Shown here piece by piece: positions 1-12,399 of a stretch of DNA of 64,000 nucleotides. Location: contig NC_092382.1 in NCBI RefSeq assembly GCF_030028105.1, positions 34,752,246 to 34,816,245 on the forward strand, read 5' to 3'. Source of the stretch: Mobula birostris (taxonomy: Eukaryota). Positions within the stretch are counted from its first letter, which is position 1. Each line of letters begins with the position of its first letter. The notes beneath the pieces were generated by a model, which made no database searches, was not told the DNA's origin, and saw only the letters and a program-made list of their open reading frames with translations. Both the position numbers and the translations under genes were made by a program.

Positions 1-182
1 TATTTACCCTTAGACTTGAAGAAGCTTGATTTCCATATTCATTGCTAACCTGTTTGATATATCTGCATTTATATTACTGTATTGCATAGTTACTAATAAA
101 TAGTATTAGTTAATAGCAATACAGGACTCCAAACTGTTTTCAATTTCTGCTGGTTCTTTAACCCGTCACGGGGTACGTGACA
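1..182 (+). mobile_element. 3' end of an LTR (truncated by window edge)
   Basis: Ends ...gtacgtgaCA, contains AATAAA, and resembles the 3' part of the solo LTR at 21158-21370 (atttaccc.taga...atttctgctggtt...aaccc). Confidence 0.6.
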
Positions 183-687
183 ATACATAAAGCCGATCAT
201 TCCTGAGATTATTCTTGTAAACCTTGATAGCAACAAATGTACAGGACACATTTCCAGGAATAACAGACAAGTTGGTACCAGGGAAAAGTTGTGCTTTCTT
301 TCATGTTCTACTATCACAGAACGAGCCATTTGCATTTCCAGGTTAAAACAGGTTCATTTCAGGAAATATAAACCACACCAGGGTGAGTGACATTAAAAAA
401 ACTGGAATTACCAGAAACACTCAGCAGGTAAGGAACAGCTGTGGGGAGAGGAACAAACGTAACGATTCAGGTTAATAACGTTTTATCAGAATGGCCTCAC
501 ACATTTTCAGTTTTTAGTGCCGATCTCCTGCATCTTGTTTTATTTCCACTGCCTGATAGACAGGTGACAGTGAGGGGGAATTTCCAAACACAGTTTGAAC
601 ACTGGTCTATTTTATTTCTACTGATGCAAACACAGAGCAGCCACTACCTGTGAGGATGGAATGGGAACGCATCCTCTCCTCAGGTTA

Positions 688-880
688 CAAGCAACACACA
701 TAAAAGTTGCTGGTGAACGCAGCAGGCCAGGCAGCATCTCTAGGAAGAGGTACAGTCGACGTTTCGGGCCGAGACCCTTGTCCTAACTGTACCTCTTTCT
801 AGAGATGCTGCCTGACCTGCTGTGTTCACCAGCAACTTTTATGTGTGTTGCTTGAAATTCCAGCATCCGCAGATTTCCTC
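688..880. repeat. Head-to-head Penelope-terminus/SINE-like repeat forming a long inverted repeat
   Basis: 688-756 is a near-perfect reverse complement of 786-854; the spacer carries the reverse complement of gggtctcggcccgaaacgtcgac. Confidence 0.75.
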
Positions 881-1049
881 GAGTCTCTCCTCAGATCAGC
901 AGTCATTGTTTCCAAAGGAACTCCAGAAACAAAGATCTGATCCCAGAACTCAGCGCCTCATAAACCCGGGCAGCTCGACCCCGGGTCCATTTTACTTGGA
1001 TCAAAAACTGTGATGCACCAGGACCCAGCCTCACAGAGTCAACAGCTGA

Positions 1050-2100
1050 ATCTGCCACTCACACACCAGCCCCACGGCTGGCACACCACGTGATCCTACG
1101 TCACAAAGCGGAGGGCGGGGCAGATTGGCGGTAAACAGCCTCACGTGACCGGCTGACGGGACTCCTATTTCAATTCTGTGGAAATAGACAGCCTGGGATC
1201 CTGGTTTGGATCGTTCAATGCAGATTCAGTGAAGTCGACACATTTCTGACGAGCCCAGATAACTGGGTACTGAATGAGTAACTGGCCCTCAGTTCGGGGA
1301 TCACGGCCCACATCAGATCTCCCCGCTCGGGATCGGTCTCAATACTCACCGATGGGAAAGTGAAAACTTCGGCCCGTGGACAGTGATCCCGACCTTTCCC
1401 GATCCCGCTGCCGCAGATGAATCGGCTTCAGCACTGAGCGGAAAGGAAAACACCACCCATCTGGATGCAGTGAGCATGCGCGGCGTCAGTGTTACATCAT
1501 CCAGAGGGCGGGGCCTCGGAAACATACGCGCAGATGCTGCCCATCCGCGGTCAAATTGGAGGGGCAAATGAGATCACGTGACTGGTGGGGTTTCCCACCG
1601 CAGGCAGAGACTCCAGTTGCCCGCCACTCTGCCTTTGTAAGAGGGTTGTACTTCGGTATTAGATACACGGAATACCAGTTGCTATAGAGTATGTTGTTTA
1701 TGGGAGCCGCTTTCTGTGTTAAAATAGCCGCTGAGTTTTCTATACACACAAAAAAAACTGAGGTATGGACATGGAAGCGGTGCTTGCGGAAACTTTTAAT
1801 GGTGCCCTGGTTACCCATAAAGCCGGGAGTTGGAAATTTAGCCGTCGCTGAAGCACCGATCACATTCGCAGCCGTCAGGATTGCGCATTTTCCCGAATAT
1901 CACTCATGCGCGCAATACACAAAGGCCTCGGGAGGATCGGCAAGAGGTAAGAGAGAATCTCCGGGCGGGATTTTAAGACTGACTTCGGGACAATTGTTGT
2001 GAGATGCGGATACCGTGACCCGCAATCCCGGGACAGTCCTGCTCTCGTCCCTCTCTCTCAGCCCCACGATCTGCACACGGGCCCCAGGGAGCTTCCGGCT
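1050..2100. promoter_or_regulatory. CpG-rich, probably bidirectional promoter of ZNF copy 1
   Basis: High CpG density; GC boxes GGGCGGGG (~1114, ~1507); CACGTG E-boxes (~1087, ~1142, ~1575); GGGGTTTCCC at 1587-1596; + strand donor AG|GTAAG at 1947; - strand donor G|GTGAGT at 1349. Confidence 0.6.
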
Positions 2101-2242
2101 GATGAGGGAATGGGAACCGATGGATCTCTCAGACAGAGCTGAGCTCCAGCTATCGAAATGCAAGGATTGGGAACTCGGGGAAAGGGAACATAATCTTTTA
2201 CATCAGCAGGTGAGAAAATCACCTTTGTTCTACTTCCAATCA

Positions 2243-2380
2243 CAAACAAGAGAAAATCTGCAGATGCTGGAAATGCAAGCAACACACACAAATTGTTGGA
2301 GGAACTCAGCATTAGTACTCTTTTCCAGAGATGCTGCCTGCCCTGCTGAGTTCCTCCAGCATTTTGTGTGTTTTGCTTGT
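2243..2380. repeat. Penelope-terminus/SINE-like repeat, inverted arrangement
   Basis: tctgcagatgctggaaat...gcaacacacacaa and gatgctgcctg...gagttcctccagcattttgtgtg family motifs; paralogous copy at 46400-46536. Confidence 0.65.
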
Positions 2381-2589
2381 TCTACCTCCTCTTGTTCTGG
2401 ACTTTTCCACCCGTGAGAACATGTTTTGACCCACTCTGTCTGGGTACATAATGATATCAAACACCTTTGCACTGGGCAACAAGTAGCTTTCACATCACAA
2501 ATGTGCCAGACTCCAATGGGACAGACTACTGCCTTCCCTTCATATTCATTGCCATTGCCATCAATGAGTTTACCACTGTCAGTCACCTG

Positions 2590-2940
2590 GGGGAGGGTTC
2601 AGGGGAAATATTTATGTACAAAACAGAAACTGGTGTTACCTGTGTGTATTGTGGTGACGCAAAAGTTGCTGGAGAATTTGCAAGTGGGAAGAAGTGGAGC
2701 GATATTTGAAAAAATGACTTTTTATAGCATCAGTTAGCAAGCAAATCACGTATGGACGGTGTTCAAATGCTCTGTTGAGAAAATTCTTCATTACCCGCTA
2801 CAGACCTGCTACGTAGGTTGTGTGAGAGTGCAGATGAAATCAATCAAACCCAGAGCAGATAAAAATGATTATTGACCATGATTTGCTAGCTGTTAAAATG
2901 AGAACCTCCATATATAACATTCAGTGTGCACATGTTGTGT
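2590..2940 (+). mobile_element. Decayed hAT-like (ZNF862-type) transposase N-terminal fragment
   Basis: GEIFMYKTETGVTCVYCGDAKVAGEFASGKKWSDI followed by HQLASKSR: a CxxC...H zinc-finger-like pattern typical of hAT transposase N-termini; contains stops. Confidence 0.45.
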
Positions 2941-3147
2941 CACCAGTTTAAGGAGTTGGAGCTGGGAATGAATGAATTCTGGATTCATCAGCAGTCGGAG
3001 GGGTGATTGATATGACATTGAACAGAGGTGAGTTACACCCAAGGTGTAGGACACATGAAACTGGGTGAGAGTCAGGAAGGGGAATGAGGTTAAAGAGCCA
3101 TCGCAGTGTACAGTACTCTTGTGGCCATCCCCCAGAACAACAGGTAG

Positions 3148-3640
3148 ACCATAGAAAGGGTGCAGAGGAAATTTACAAGGACTTTGTGTCGATTAGGGAG
3201 CATGGTTTATGAGAATAAGTTGAGTGATCTCGGCCTTTTATCCTTGGAGTGACGGAGGATGAGAGGTGACCTAATAGAGGTGTACGAGATAATGAGAGGC
3301 ATTGATCATGTGGATAATCAGATGCTTTTTCCCAGTGCTGAAATGGCAAGCACGAGAGGGCATAGTTCTAAGGTGCTTGGAAGTGGGTACAGAGGAGACA
3401 TCAGGGGTAAGTTTTTTTTTAAGCAGAGAGTGGTGAGTGCATGGGATGGGCTGCTGGCGGTGGTGGTGGAGGCAGAAACAATAGGGTCTTTTAAGAGACT
3501 CCTGGATGGCTACATGGAGCTTAGAAAAATAGAGGGCTATGGGTAAGCCCAGGTAGTCCTAAGCCAGGGTCATGATCGGCACAGCTTTGTGGGCAGAGGG
3601 GCCTGTATTGTGCTGTAGGTTTTCTGTGTTCTCTGTTCTA
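3148..3640 (+). mobile_element. CR1 LINE 3' fragment
   Basis: MRGDLIEVYEIMRGIDHV...FFKQRVVSAW; absent from the paralogous cassette; flanked by ACCA duplication. Confidence 0.85.
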
Positions 3641-3865
3641 CCACTTTAGAAACTGTTGGAGGAGGTGCGGGGGGGGGGGGGGGTTACCTGGCAGAGGAAA
3701 GTCAAAGGGGTGATGTGGATTCAGTAGTTAGGGTACCAGAACTAGAAGGGGACTAATGTCGTAGTGGAAAGGCTTGCTGGTGCTAGTGTGGTGAAGACAG
3801 GCTGGGTTAAACTGAAGTTGTAGTGGGAATGGGAGCCAGAATGACAGAACAGATAGTGGAGAGGG

Positions 3866-4590
3866 TGAATTGAATTGAATTGACTTTATTACTTCCATCC
3901 TTCACATACATGAGGAGTAAAAATCTTTATGTCACATCTCCGTCTGAATGTGCAACATACAATTTTTAGTAAGTTATAATAGAACACGACAGTCACTATA
4001 ACTTAGAAATGCAATTGTATCAGCATGAATTAAGCAGTCTGATGGCCTGGTGGAAGAAGCTGTCCCGGATCCTGTTGGTTCTGGCTTTAATGCTGCGGTA
4101 CTGTTTCCCAGATGGTAGCAGCTGGAACAGTTTGTGGTTGGGGTGACTCGGGTCCCCAATGATCCTTCGGGTCCTTTTTATACTCCTGTCTTTGTAAATG
4201 TCCTGAATCATGGGAAGTTCACAACTGCAGATGTGCTGGGCTGTACACACCACTCTACAAAGTCTGTGATTGAGGGAAGTACAGTTCCCATGCCAGGCAG
4301 TGATGCAGCCAGTCAGGATGCTCTCAGTTGTGTCCCTGCAGAAAGTTCTTTGGATTTGGGGCTGCATTTCAAACTTCTTACAATTGTCTGAGGGGAAAGA
4401 GGCACTGTTGTACAGACCACATGAGATCCTCTGTGATGTGTCTGACGAGGAACTTAAAGCTGTTCACCCTCTCAACCCCAGATCCATTGGTGCAAATATG
4501 GGCTGGCCTGTCTCCATTCTTCCTGTAGTCCACAATCAGCTCCTTTGTTTTTGTGACAATGAAAGAGAGGTTGTTTTCTTGACACCAGAG
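3866..4590 (-). mobile_element. Rex1/Babar-type LINE 3' fragment
   Basis: ESILTGCITAWHGNC...LFQLLPSGKQYRSIKARTNRIRDSFFHQAIRLLN; (gaatt)n tail with AATAAA on the minus strand. Confidence 0.8.
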
Positions 4591-4604
4591 ACCTCAGGGC
4601 ATGG

Positions 4605-5180
4605 AATGTGATATTGTAGCCATTACTGGGACTTGTTTGCACCCAACAATCTGAGGAATTCAGAGAAATAAATTTGTGGAGAGATCACAGACTATGCCAA
4701 GAAAGAATGCTTCATATAGTGAGCGATTTTAAATTCCCAAAGATTACTGGGGCTCCCATATATAAAAGGACTGGATGGGTAGAGTTTGTCAAATGTGCCC
4801 GAAGTCAGCACGTAGAACTCCCGACATAGAAGTGTGCAATAAGCTATTAGAAAATAATCCAGGGCTAGTAACAGAAATTAGTGTATCGGAACACTTTGTA
4901 TGTAGTGATCATAATGTCAGGAGATTCCAAGTTAATATAGAAAAAGTGAGGACTGAACCATGGGTTCAATTCTCAATTGGAGAAAGGTCAATTTTGATGG
5001 TATCAGAAAGGATCTGACAAGTGTGGTTTGGGACAGGCTGTTTTCTGGCAAAGGAGTACTTGGTAAGTGGGAGGCCTTCAGAAGTGAAGTTTTGAGGGTG
5101 TAGGGTTTGTATGTGCCTGTCAAAGTAAAAGTTGAAAGTTAACTGGTGCAGGGAACCTTGGTTTTCAAGGGATATCGAGG
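4605..5180 (+). mobile_element. Decayed CR1 ORF2 endonuclease/linker fragment
   Basis: DFKFPKDYW, SDHNVRRF and W..LF.GK..WEAF motifs; paralogous copy at 48505-49065. Confidence 0.6.
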
Positions 5181-6260
5181 CCCCGGATATTTTGTTCCTC
5201 TAAATGCCTCAGACTGTTGGGTGCGACCAAGATTCATTAATGACTACAATAATCATAATTTCATGCCCTGAGCTCATCTGATGTTTTTTTTTAGTTGTCG
5301 TCAGTTGCTTTCTAAAAGCTTCCTAATACTTTTTGTTCTTTTGTTTGCCGTCTCTTTGGTTCTTATGTTGGCTTAGGCTTCTCTTTTCAGCCATGGTTGT
5401 GTCCTCCTGCCTTTACAATGCTTCCACTTCTTTGGGATGTATCTATCACTCAGCTCCCGAGTTGCTCCCAGAAACTCCAGCCATTGCTGCTCCATTGTCA
5501 TTCCTACCAGTTTCCCCTTCCAGTCAAGTTTGTCCAGCTTCTCTGCCACAGAAACATGGAGAAGGTCAGTACAGAAACATGCCCACTCTGGATGATCAGA
5601 ATGGTAATCTATGTGAGGAGACAAAATAGATGGGGGAGATTTAATTTTTTTTTTTTTTTTTTTTTTTTTTTGCATCTCTATTTTTCAGGAGTTGGACGCA
5701 GGGTCTATAGAAGTGAGGCAAAGCAGCATCAACTTCATGGACCCTGTACAGATTACAGAGGTGGGGGTGTTTGCTGTCTTAAGGCACATTAGCGTGGAAC
5801 CCTGGGACTCTGCGGAAGACAAGTGCAGAAATCGTCAGGGCCCAAGCACAGTGTGATGTCAGATCACATCTTGGTGACTAAAGTGATCTCATCTGAAATG
5901 TTGTCCTTCACCCACTGATGTATTTTGTAAATCTTTTCACAGGTTAAGAACGACAAGGAATTTGTCTCCCAGAATCTCAGAGACAACACGCCAGTTTTGT
6001 CCTTCCTGTCCATTAGGAAGTGGATCAAGGGATTCACTCAATCATCCTTCCTGCTCACACTATTGGAATGGATTCACTCAGTCATCTCAACTGAAAGTCC
6101 ATCAGCAATTCCACACTGGGACAAGGCCACTCACTGTTCTGTATGTGGGAAGGGAATTAGTCAGTCATCCTACCTGCGGACACACCAATCAGTTCACACT
6201 GGGCAGAGGCTGGCCACCTGCTGAATTTGTGGGGAAGGATTCAGTCGGTCATCTGACCTA

Positions 6261-7283
6261 ATGGCTCACCAGTCAGTTCACACCGGGGAACGGCCATTCA
6301 CCTGCTCGGACTGTGGGAAGGGATTCGCTCGCTCATCAAACCTACTAGCTCACCAAACAGTTCACACTGGGGAGAGGCCATTCACCTGCTCAGAATGTGG
6401 GAAGGGATTCGCTCGCTCATCCAACCTGCAGGCACACCAGGCAGTTCACACAGCGGAGAGGCCGTTTACCTGCTCAGACTGTGGGAAAGGATTTATTCTG
6501 TCATCTCAACTGAAGGTACATCAGCGAGTTCACACTGGGGAGAGACCGTTCACCTGCTCAGACTGTGGGAAGGGATTCACTCGGTCATCCCACCTACAGG
6601 CACACCAGTCAGTTCACACTGGGAAATGGCCATACACCTGCTCAGACTGTGGGAAAGGATTCACTAGGTCATCTGGCCTAAAGACACACCAATCAGTTCA
6701 CACTGGAGTGTGGCCATTCACCTGCTCAGAATGTGGGAAGGGATTCTCTCAATCATCCAACCTTCTGGCTCACCAGTCAGTTCACACCAGGGAGAGGCCG
6801 TTTACCTGCTCAGACTGTGGGATGGGATTCACTTCGTCATCTCACTTACTAAGACACCAGTCAGTTCACACTGGGGAGTGGCCGTTCACCTGCTCAGACT
6901 GTGGGAAGGGATTCACTTTGTCATCTCACCTGCTGACACATCAGTCAGTTCACACTGGGGAGAGGTTGTTCACCTGCTCAGATTGTGGGAAGAGATTCAC
7001 TCAGTTATCCAGCCTACAGACATACCAATCAGCCCACACAGGGAAGTGGCTGTTCAACTGCCCAGACTGTGGGAAAGGATTCAATCACTCATCCACTCTC
7101 CAGAGACACCAGTCAGTCCACACTGGAGTATGGCCATTCACCTGCTCAGACTGTGGGAAAGGATTCACTCGGTCATTTCAACTGAAGATACATCAGAGAG
7201 TTCACACTGGGGAGAAGCTGTTCAGCTGTTCGTTGTGTGGGAAGGGATTCACTCGGTCATCCGACCTACTGGCACACCAGTGA
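6261..7283 (+). CDS. KRAB-less tandem C2H2 zinc-finger protein, copy 1 (12 finger units, 10 intact)
   Basis: 340-aa ORF of CxxC-x12-HxxxH units with TGERP linkers; finger 9 has H->Y; finger 12 ends at a stop; terminal-exon acceptor cacAG| at 5941-5942. Confidence 0.85.
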   Translation: MAHQSVHTGERPFTCSDCGKGFARSSNLLAHQTVHTGERPFTCSECGKGFARSSNLQAHQAVHTAERPFTCSDCGKGFILSSQLKVHQRVHTGERPFTCSDCGKGFTRSSHLQAHQSVHTGKWPYTCSDCGKGFTRSSGLKTHQSVHTGVWPFTCSECGKGFSQSSNLLAHQSVHTRERPFTCSDCGMGFTSSSHLLRHQSVHTGEWPFTCSDCGKGFTLSSHLLTHQSVHTGERLFTCSDCGKRFTQLSSLQTYQSAHTGKWLFNCPDCGKGFNHSSTLQRHQSVHTGVWPFTCSDCGKGFTRSFQLKIHQRVHTGEKLFSCSLCGKGFTRSSDLLAHQ

Positions 7284-7719
7284 GTACACATTGGAAAGAG
7301 GCCATTCACCTGCTTGAACTGAAGGAAGGGATTCACCCAGCTATTTGGTCTAGGAGACACCAGTGAGTTCACACAGCAGAGATGCTGTTTACCTGCTGTG
7401 AATGTGGAAGGGGTTCAGTCACGTACGTAACCTTATGACACACTACTGGAGTCAGAAAAGTTTTAAGTTTAAAACTATGTTGAACTCTGCAATTTTTCCC
7501 ACTGATCATCCAGTTCTGGACCCTGGTCACTGGGCATGGGAGGAGTTTCTTCTGCTGCACATTCACCTTTAATGGGACTGGAGTTTAATATTCTGGATCT
7601 GGGACAAATGAATCAGTTTTGTTTTAAACTCTTTCTCCGGTAATATATAATTTAGAAATCTTATCTGACTGTTGAGTGATTTTTTTTAATGTCGTTTATA
7701 GCTCTTCCTCCTTCTGTCC

Positions 7720-8010
7720 TCGGTAGTGTTAATCTAAGTGTGTTTGAGTGTAAATAGTCTTTTCTGAATTTGTCATTTCAGTTCTTATTTTTCTTTGTAA
7801 AGTTTCCAGATCGGAATGGAACCAAGATATTTTGCCAAGGAATATGTTAATATTGGAATAGTGAAAGAGTTTATTGCCTTTGTTGTATTTGCTATACCAT
7901 GGAAATATGTTTGGCAAATGTTCTTAAGCCTTGAAGTCAATTTTGTCATATGTTTTCTCTTTTTCACACTACTTTCTATTTTCTCTGCTTATTGATATTC
8001 CAGGTACCTG
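7720..8010 (-). mobile_element. R4/Dong-like non-LTR retrotransposon RT fragment
   Basis: KLTSRLKNICQT...NTTKAINSFTIPILTYS, then frameshifted WFHSDLETLQRKIRTEMT. Confidence 0.55.
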
Positions 8011-8019
8011 GGTATCAAG

Positions 8020-8150
8020 AGTTCTGATGAAGGAAGGGTCTTGGCCCAAAATGTTGATTCCCAACCATAGATGCTGCCTAACCTGCTGATCTCCTCCAGC
8101 ACATTGTGTGTGTTGCTCTAGATTCCCAGTATCTGCAGGGTCTCTTGTGT
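8020..8150 (+). repeat. Penelope-terminus-derived repeat with degenerate hammerhead core
   Basis: ctgatgaaggaagggtcttggcccaaaatgttga...agatgctgcctaacctgctga...ctccagcac. Confidence 0.6.
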
Positions 8151-8159
8151 CCCATATAC

Positions 8160-11100
8160 TTGTATGTTTCTTGAATAGGACACACAGGGAGGCAGAGAAG
8201 GTTGTATGGTTCTGTTGGTAAAAAATAAAATCAAATCATTAGAAAGAGGTAGCATAGAGTCGGAAAGTGTTGTGTCATTGTGGGTAGAACAAAGGAATAG
8301 CAAGAGTGAAAAGACACCAATGGGAGTTTCACAGAGACCCAAAACAGTAGTATGTATATCTTCCACAAATCACAATGGGACAAGGAAAATACATGCCAAA
8401 ACAGCAATATTACAGTATTCTTGGCAGATAGTCATGCAAATATATTGGGAATATCAGGGAGGTGCTGGATCCCAAGAGGAGGTTTCCTAGAATGCCCACA
8501 AGATGTCTTTTTAGAGCAGCTCCTGGTTGAGCCCAGCTGGGGATCAGCTATTCTCGATTGGGTGTTGTGCAACGAACCGGAATTAATTAGAGAACTTACG
8601 GCGAAAGAACCAAGAGGGGGAAATGATCTTAATATAATGGAATTCACCCTGAAATGCGAGAAGGAGAAGCTAACGTGAAATGTGTCAATATAACCGTAGA
8701 ATAAAGAGAATTACAGAGGCATGAGAGAAGAATTGGTCTGAATTAGTAAGTAAAGAATACTGGAATGGATGACAACAGAACGGCAGGAATTTCTGTAAGT
8801 AATTTGGAGGCACAGGATATAAGTACCAAAGAGGAAAAAGTATTCTGTGCCGTATAGCTACTGTATAATATGGAACTACTTTATGTTGTAGCAACACGTT
8901 GTTGCGTGTGCTATTAGGTGCGTATTGATCTGTACATATGTGCCGAGTTCGGTTGTTGCCAGTAAAGAACCATGGGCTGAAAAATGGCAGATGGAGTTTA
9001 ATACTGACAAGTGTGAGGTATTGCACGTTGGAAAGACAAACCAAGGTAGAACATACAGGGTTAATGGTAAGGCACTGAGGAGTGCAGTGGAACAGAGGGA
9101 TCTGGGAATACAGATACAAAATTCCTTAAAAGTGGCGTCACAGGTAGATAGGGTCATAAAGAGAGCTTTTGCTACATTGGCCTTTATTAATCAAAGTATT
9201 GAGTATAAGAGCTGGAATGTTATGATGAGGTTGTATAAGGCATTGGTGAGGCCGAATCTGGAGTATTGTGTTCAGTTTTGGTCACCAAATTACAGGAAGG
9301 ATATAAATAAGGTTGAAAGAGTGCAGAGAAGGTTTACAAGGACGTTGCCAGGACTTGAGAAACTCAGTTACAGAGAAAGGTTGAATAGGTTAGGACTTTA
9401 TTCCCTGGAGTGTAGAAGAATGAAGGGAGATTTGATAGAGGTATATAAAATTATGATGGGTATACACAGAGTGAATGCAAGCAGGCTTTTTCCACTGAGG
9501 CAAGGGGAGAGAAAAAAAACAGAGGACATGGGTTAAGGGTGAGGGGGGAAAAGTTTAAAGGGAACATTAGGGTGGGCTTCTTCACACAGAGAGTGGTGGG
9601 AGTATGGAATGAGCTGCCAGACGAGGTGGTAAATGCGGGTTCTTTTTTAACATTTAAGAATAAATTGGACAGATACATGGATGGCAGGTGTATGGAGGGA
9701 TATGGTCCGTGTGCAGGTCAGTGGGACTAGGAAGAAAATGGTTCGGCACAGCCAAGAAGGGCCAAAAGGCCTGTTTCTGTGCTGTAGTTTCTACGGTTTC
9801 TATGAAACATAGCAAAATAGCATTGTTGTGTAACCAGGCTACATACATAACATATTCCAAAGGCAAGATGATACAACTGTGGCTAATAGGAAGGTAAAGC
9901 CAACATAGGCAGCAAAGAGAAGGCATTCAACAGAGAAAAAATGGTGGTAGGTCAGAGGATTGGGAAGTTTTTAAAAACCAACAAAAGGCAACTAAAAAAA
10001 TAATTAAGAAGGAAAATATGGAAATCGAAGGTAAGCTGGCCATTAAGGAGGATCCTAAATGTTTCTTCTGATGCATAAAGTGTAAAGGAAAGATGAGAGT
10101 GCATATCGGACCAACGGAAAGGGATGTTGGAGGAGTGGTAATAGAGGCGAGGAGCTGGCGGATGAACTGAGTCAGTATTTTTCATCAGTCTTCACTGTGG
10201 AAGTCCAAATATCAGTGGTCAGAAATATTTATAGTACATTCCTCAGGAGCAGGTTCTTGGGAAACAGAAAGGTCTGAAGGTAAAGGCCAGCTGGACCACA
10301 TGGCGTACATCCCAGAGATCTCAAAGGGGTGACTGAAGAGATTGTGGAGGGATTAGTAATGATGTTTCAATAATCAATTCAATCTGGCATGGTTCTGTAA
10401 GACTGACAATTTGGAAATATCAGTCCACTCTTCAAGAAGGGAAGGTGGTAGATGAACAGATATTATAGGCCACTTAGGTTCACTTCACTCTTTGGGAAGA
10501 TATTGGAGTCAGATATTGAGGATGTGTTTTCAGGGTATTTTCAGTCATTTTCAGCATGTTTTCCTCAAGGGAAAATCTTGCCTGACGAGTATGTTGAAAG
10601 TCTTTGAATTAATTGAAGTGACAAGCAAGATAGACAAAGGAGATTCAGTTGATGATATGCAGCTGAAGTTTCAGAAAGTCTTTGACAAGGTGCCACACAT
10701 GAGGCTGCTTATCAAGTTATGAGCCCATGGTGTTACAGGAAAGACTCCCTTATGGACAAAGCAGTGGCTGATTGGCAGGAGGCAAGGAATAGTAATGAAG
10801 GGAACCTTTTCTGATTGGCTGCTGGTGATCAGTGGTGTTCCACAGGGATCTGTGTTGGGACCAATTCTTTTATGTTACTGTATATGGCAATGACTTGAAT
10901 GACAGAATTGATGGTTTTGTTGCAAAGATGCAGATGATATCAAGTCAGTTGGAGGGACAGGATGTTTTGAGGAAATTGGGAGGCTGCAAAAGGACAGACA
11001 GATTAGAGAAATTACTTGAGTCAGAAGATGGTAAATGTGTGGAATTTTTTGCCATGAGTGGCTGTGGAGGCCAAGTTATTGGTTGTGTTTAAGGCAGAGA

Positions 11101-11260
11101 TTGATAGTTTCTTGATTAGCCAGGGCATCTATGGGTATGGGGTGAAAGTAGAGGAGCAGGGATGACTGGAATGATTGGATCAGCCCACGATGGAATGGCA
11201 GAGCAGACTCGATGGGCTGGATGGCCCACTTCTGTTCCTATATCTTATGGTCTTATGATT
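8160..11260 (+). mobile_element. Old fragmented CR1 LINE (endonuclease to RT) with nested insertions
   Basis: AILDWVLCNEPELIREL; FLKGKSCLT...KVFDKVPHMRLL; SGVPQGSVLGP; CR1 tail (tcttatgg) at ~11250. Confidence 0.75.
8970..9803 (+). mobile_element. Young CR1 LINE 3' segment nested in older CR1
   Basis: WAEKWQMEFNTDKCEVLH...LYKALVRPNLEYCVQFWSP...GDLIEVYKIM; (tttcta)n tail. Confidence 0.9.
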
Positions 11261-11867
11261 TAAAGGAGGTGAAGCCTTGAATTCTAATCTTGCTAAGAAA
11301 TAGACACTACAAAAAGTGCGTCTTTGGAATGTTACGTATCTGAAGTTTTGTTTTATAACTTTCTGTCAGATCAGCGACGCCCCATGTGCTTTATTTGTAA
11401 ACAACGAAACCATCAAGATTGCAGCAACACTTCCATAAATGACACACTGAAAAAGCTACTGATGGTTTTACTCGGTTCCGGAAGATGATAGAAGCATTTG
11501 AAAAGCGTTGCACACTCAAGTCATTTGGAAAGAAAGGTACAAATGACTTGGATTGTTGTCTCATTGCTTCTCATAACATTTCCAAAATGATAGTAGAAGT
11601 GTGCAAAATCTCACACAATTAGTGAAAGACTAATAACGCCTGCCGTATCAGGTACTCACCACTGTTCTCAAAATGGATACCAGTGTTGATGATGGATCTC
11701 AGCTCGAAACAGACATTAGGCATTTTCAGATTTCTTCACTCTGAAGACTGCTTCTGAAAATCTTCATTTTCGGGGGATGAAAATGCCATTTTAGTGTGGA
11801 CAGAGAGTCAAAACGAAGAGAAAAGGCTTTGTTTTCAAAATTATCCAGCGTAGTGTGGATGTAGCCT

Positions 11868-12158
11868 CAGTCTGAATGCGCAGCTACTTGCCCTGATGAA
11901 TTCAAACCTGGCATTAAAAATTTAGATTCCCACTATCTCTTGGCAGTGCAACTGGAGCACATGCCAACCTCCGTAGTCTCCCGGGAAAGTAGAGGCGCTG
12001 TCGTGCTTTCTTCACAATCAATCCAAAACTCAACAAAATAAAGTGATATTTGACGAATAACGTTTGCAGTCTGAATGGACAGCTGCTTGCCCAGATGAAT
12101 TCAAACCTAGTATTAATGATTTGGATTCCCACTATCTCTTGGCAGGACAGCTGGAGCA
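11868..12158. repeat. 92-bp direct duplication in the putative NLR 3' UTR
   Basis: 11868-11959 and 12067-12158 share cagtctgaatg...gatgaattcaaacct...gattcccactatctcttggcag...ctggagca. Confidence 0.85.
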
Positions 12159-12399
12159 GACCTTGGGCGAGTTCTGTCTGCATTTCCAAGGAGCTCAGAT
12201 GTTAGACACTGAGGGATCTGGCAGAAGATTAATCAATGGCCAGACAGCTCTGACACCCAAAACAGCACTGGGGCACCTGATGACGTGTAGTGGCACATGC
12301 TCATCCGGAGCTGCAGTTGTTTAGGGTTTCAATCCGAGTTGTGACTGTGAAATCGATGAATACTATTCCACAGGAGATAGTACTCTACATTTGAATGAA

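Noticed and set aside
6261-7283. 84-bp periodic repeats resembling a CRISPR array (also 50690-51643)
   Set aside because: They are C2H2 finger codons in a vertebrate context; there are no unique spacers or cas genes.
6395-7366. Alternative-frame ORFs ([10 protein letters not shown] repeats)
   Set aside because: By-products of ZNF codon periodicity.
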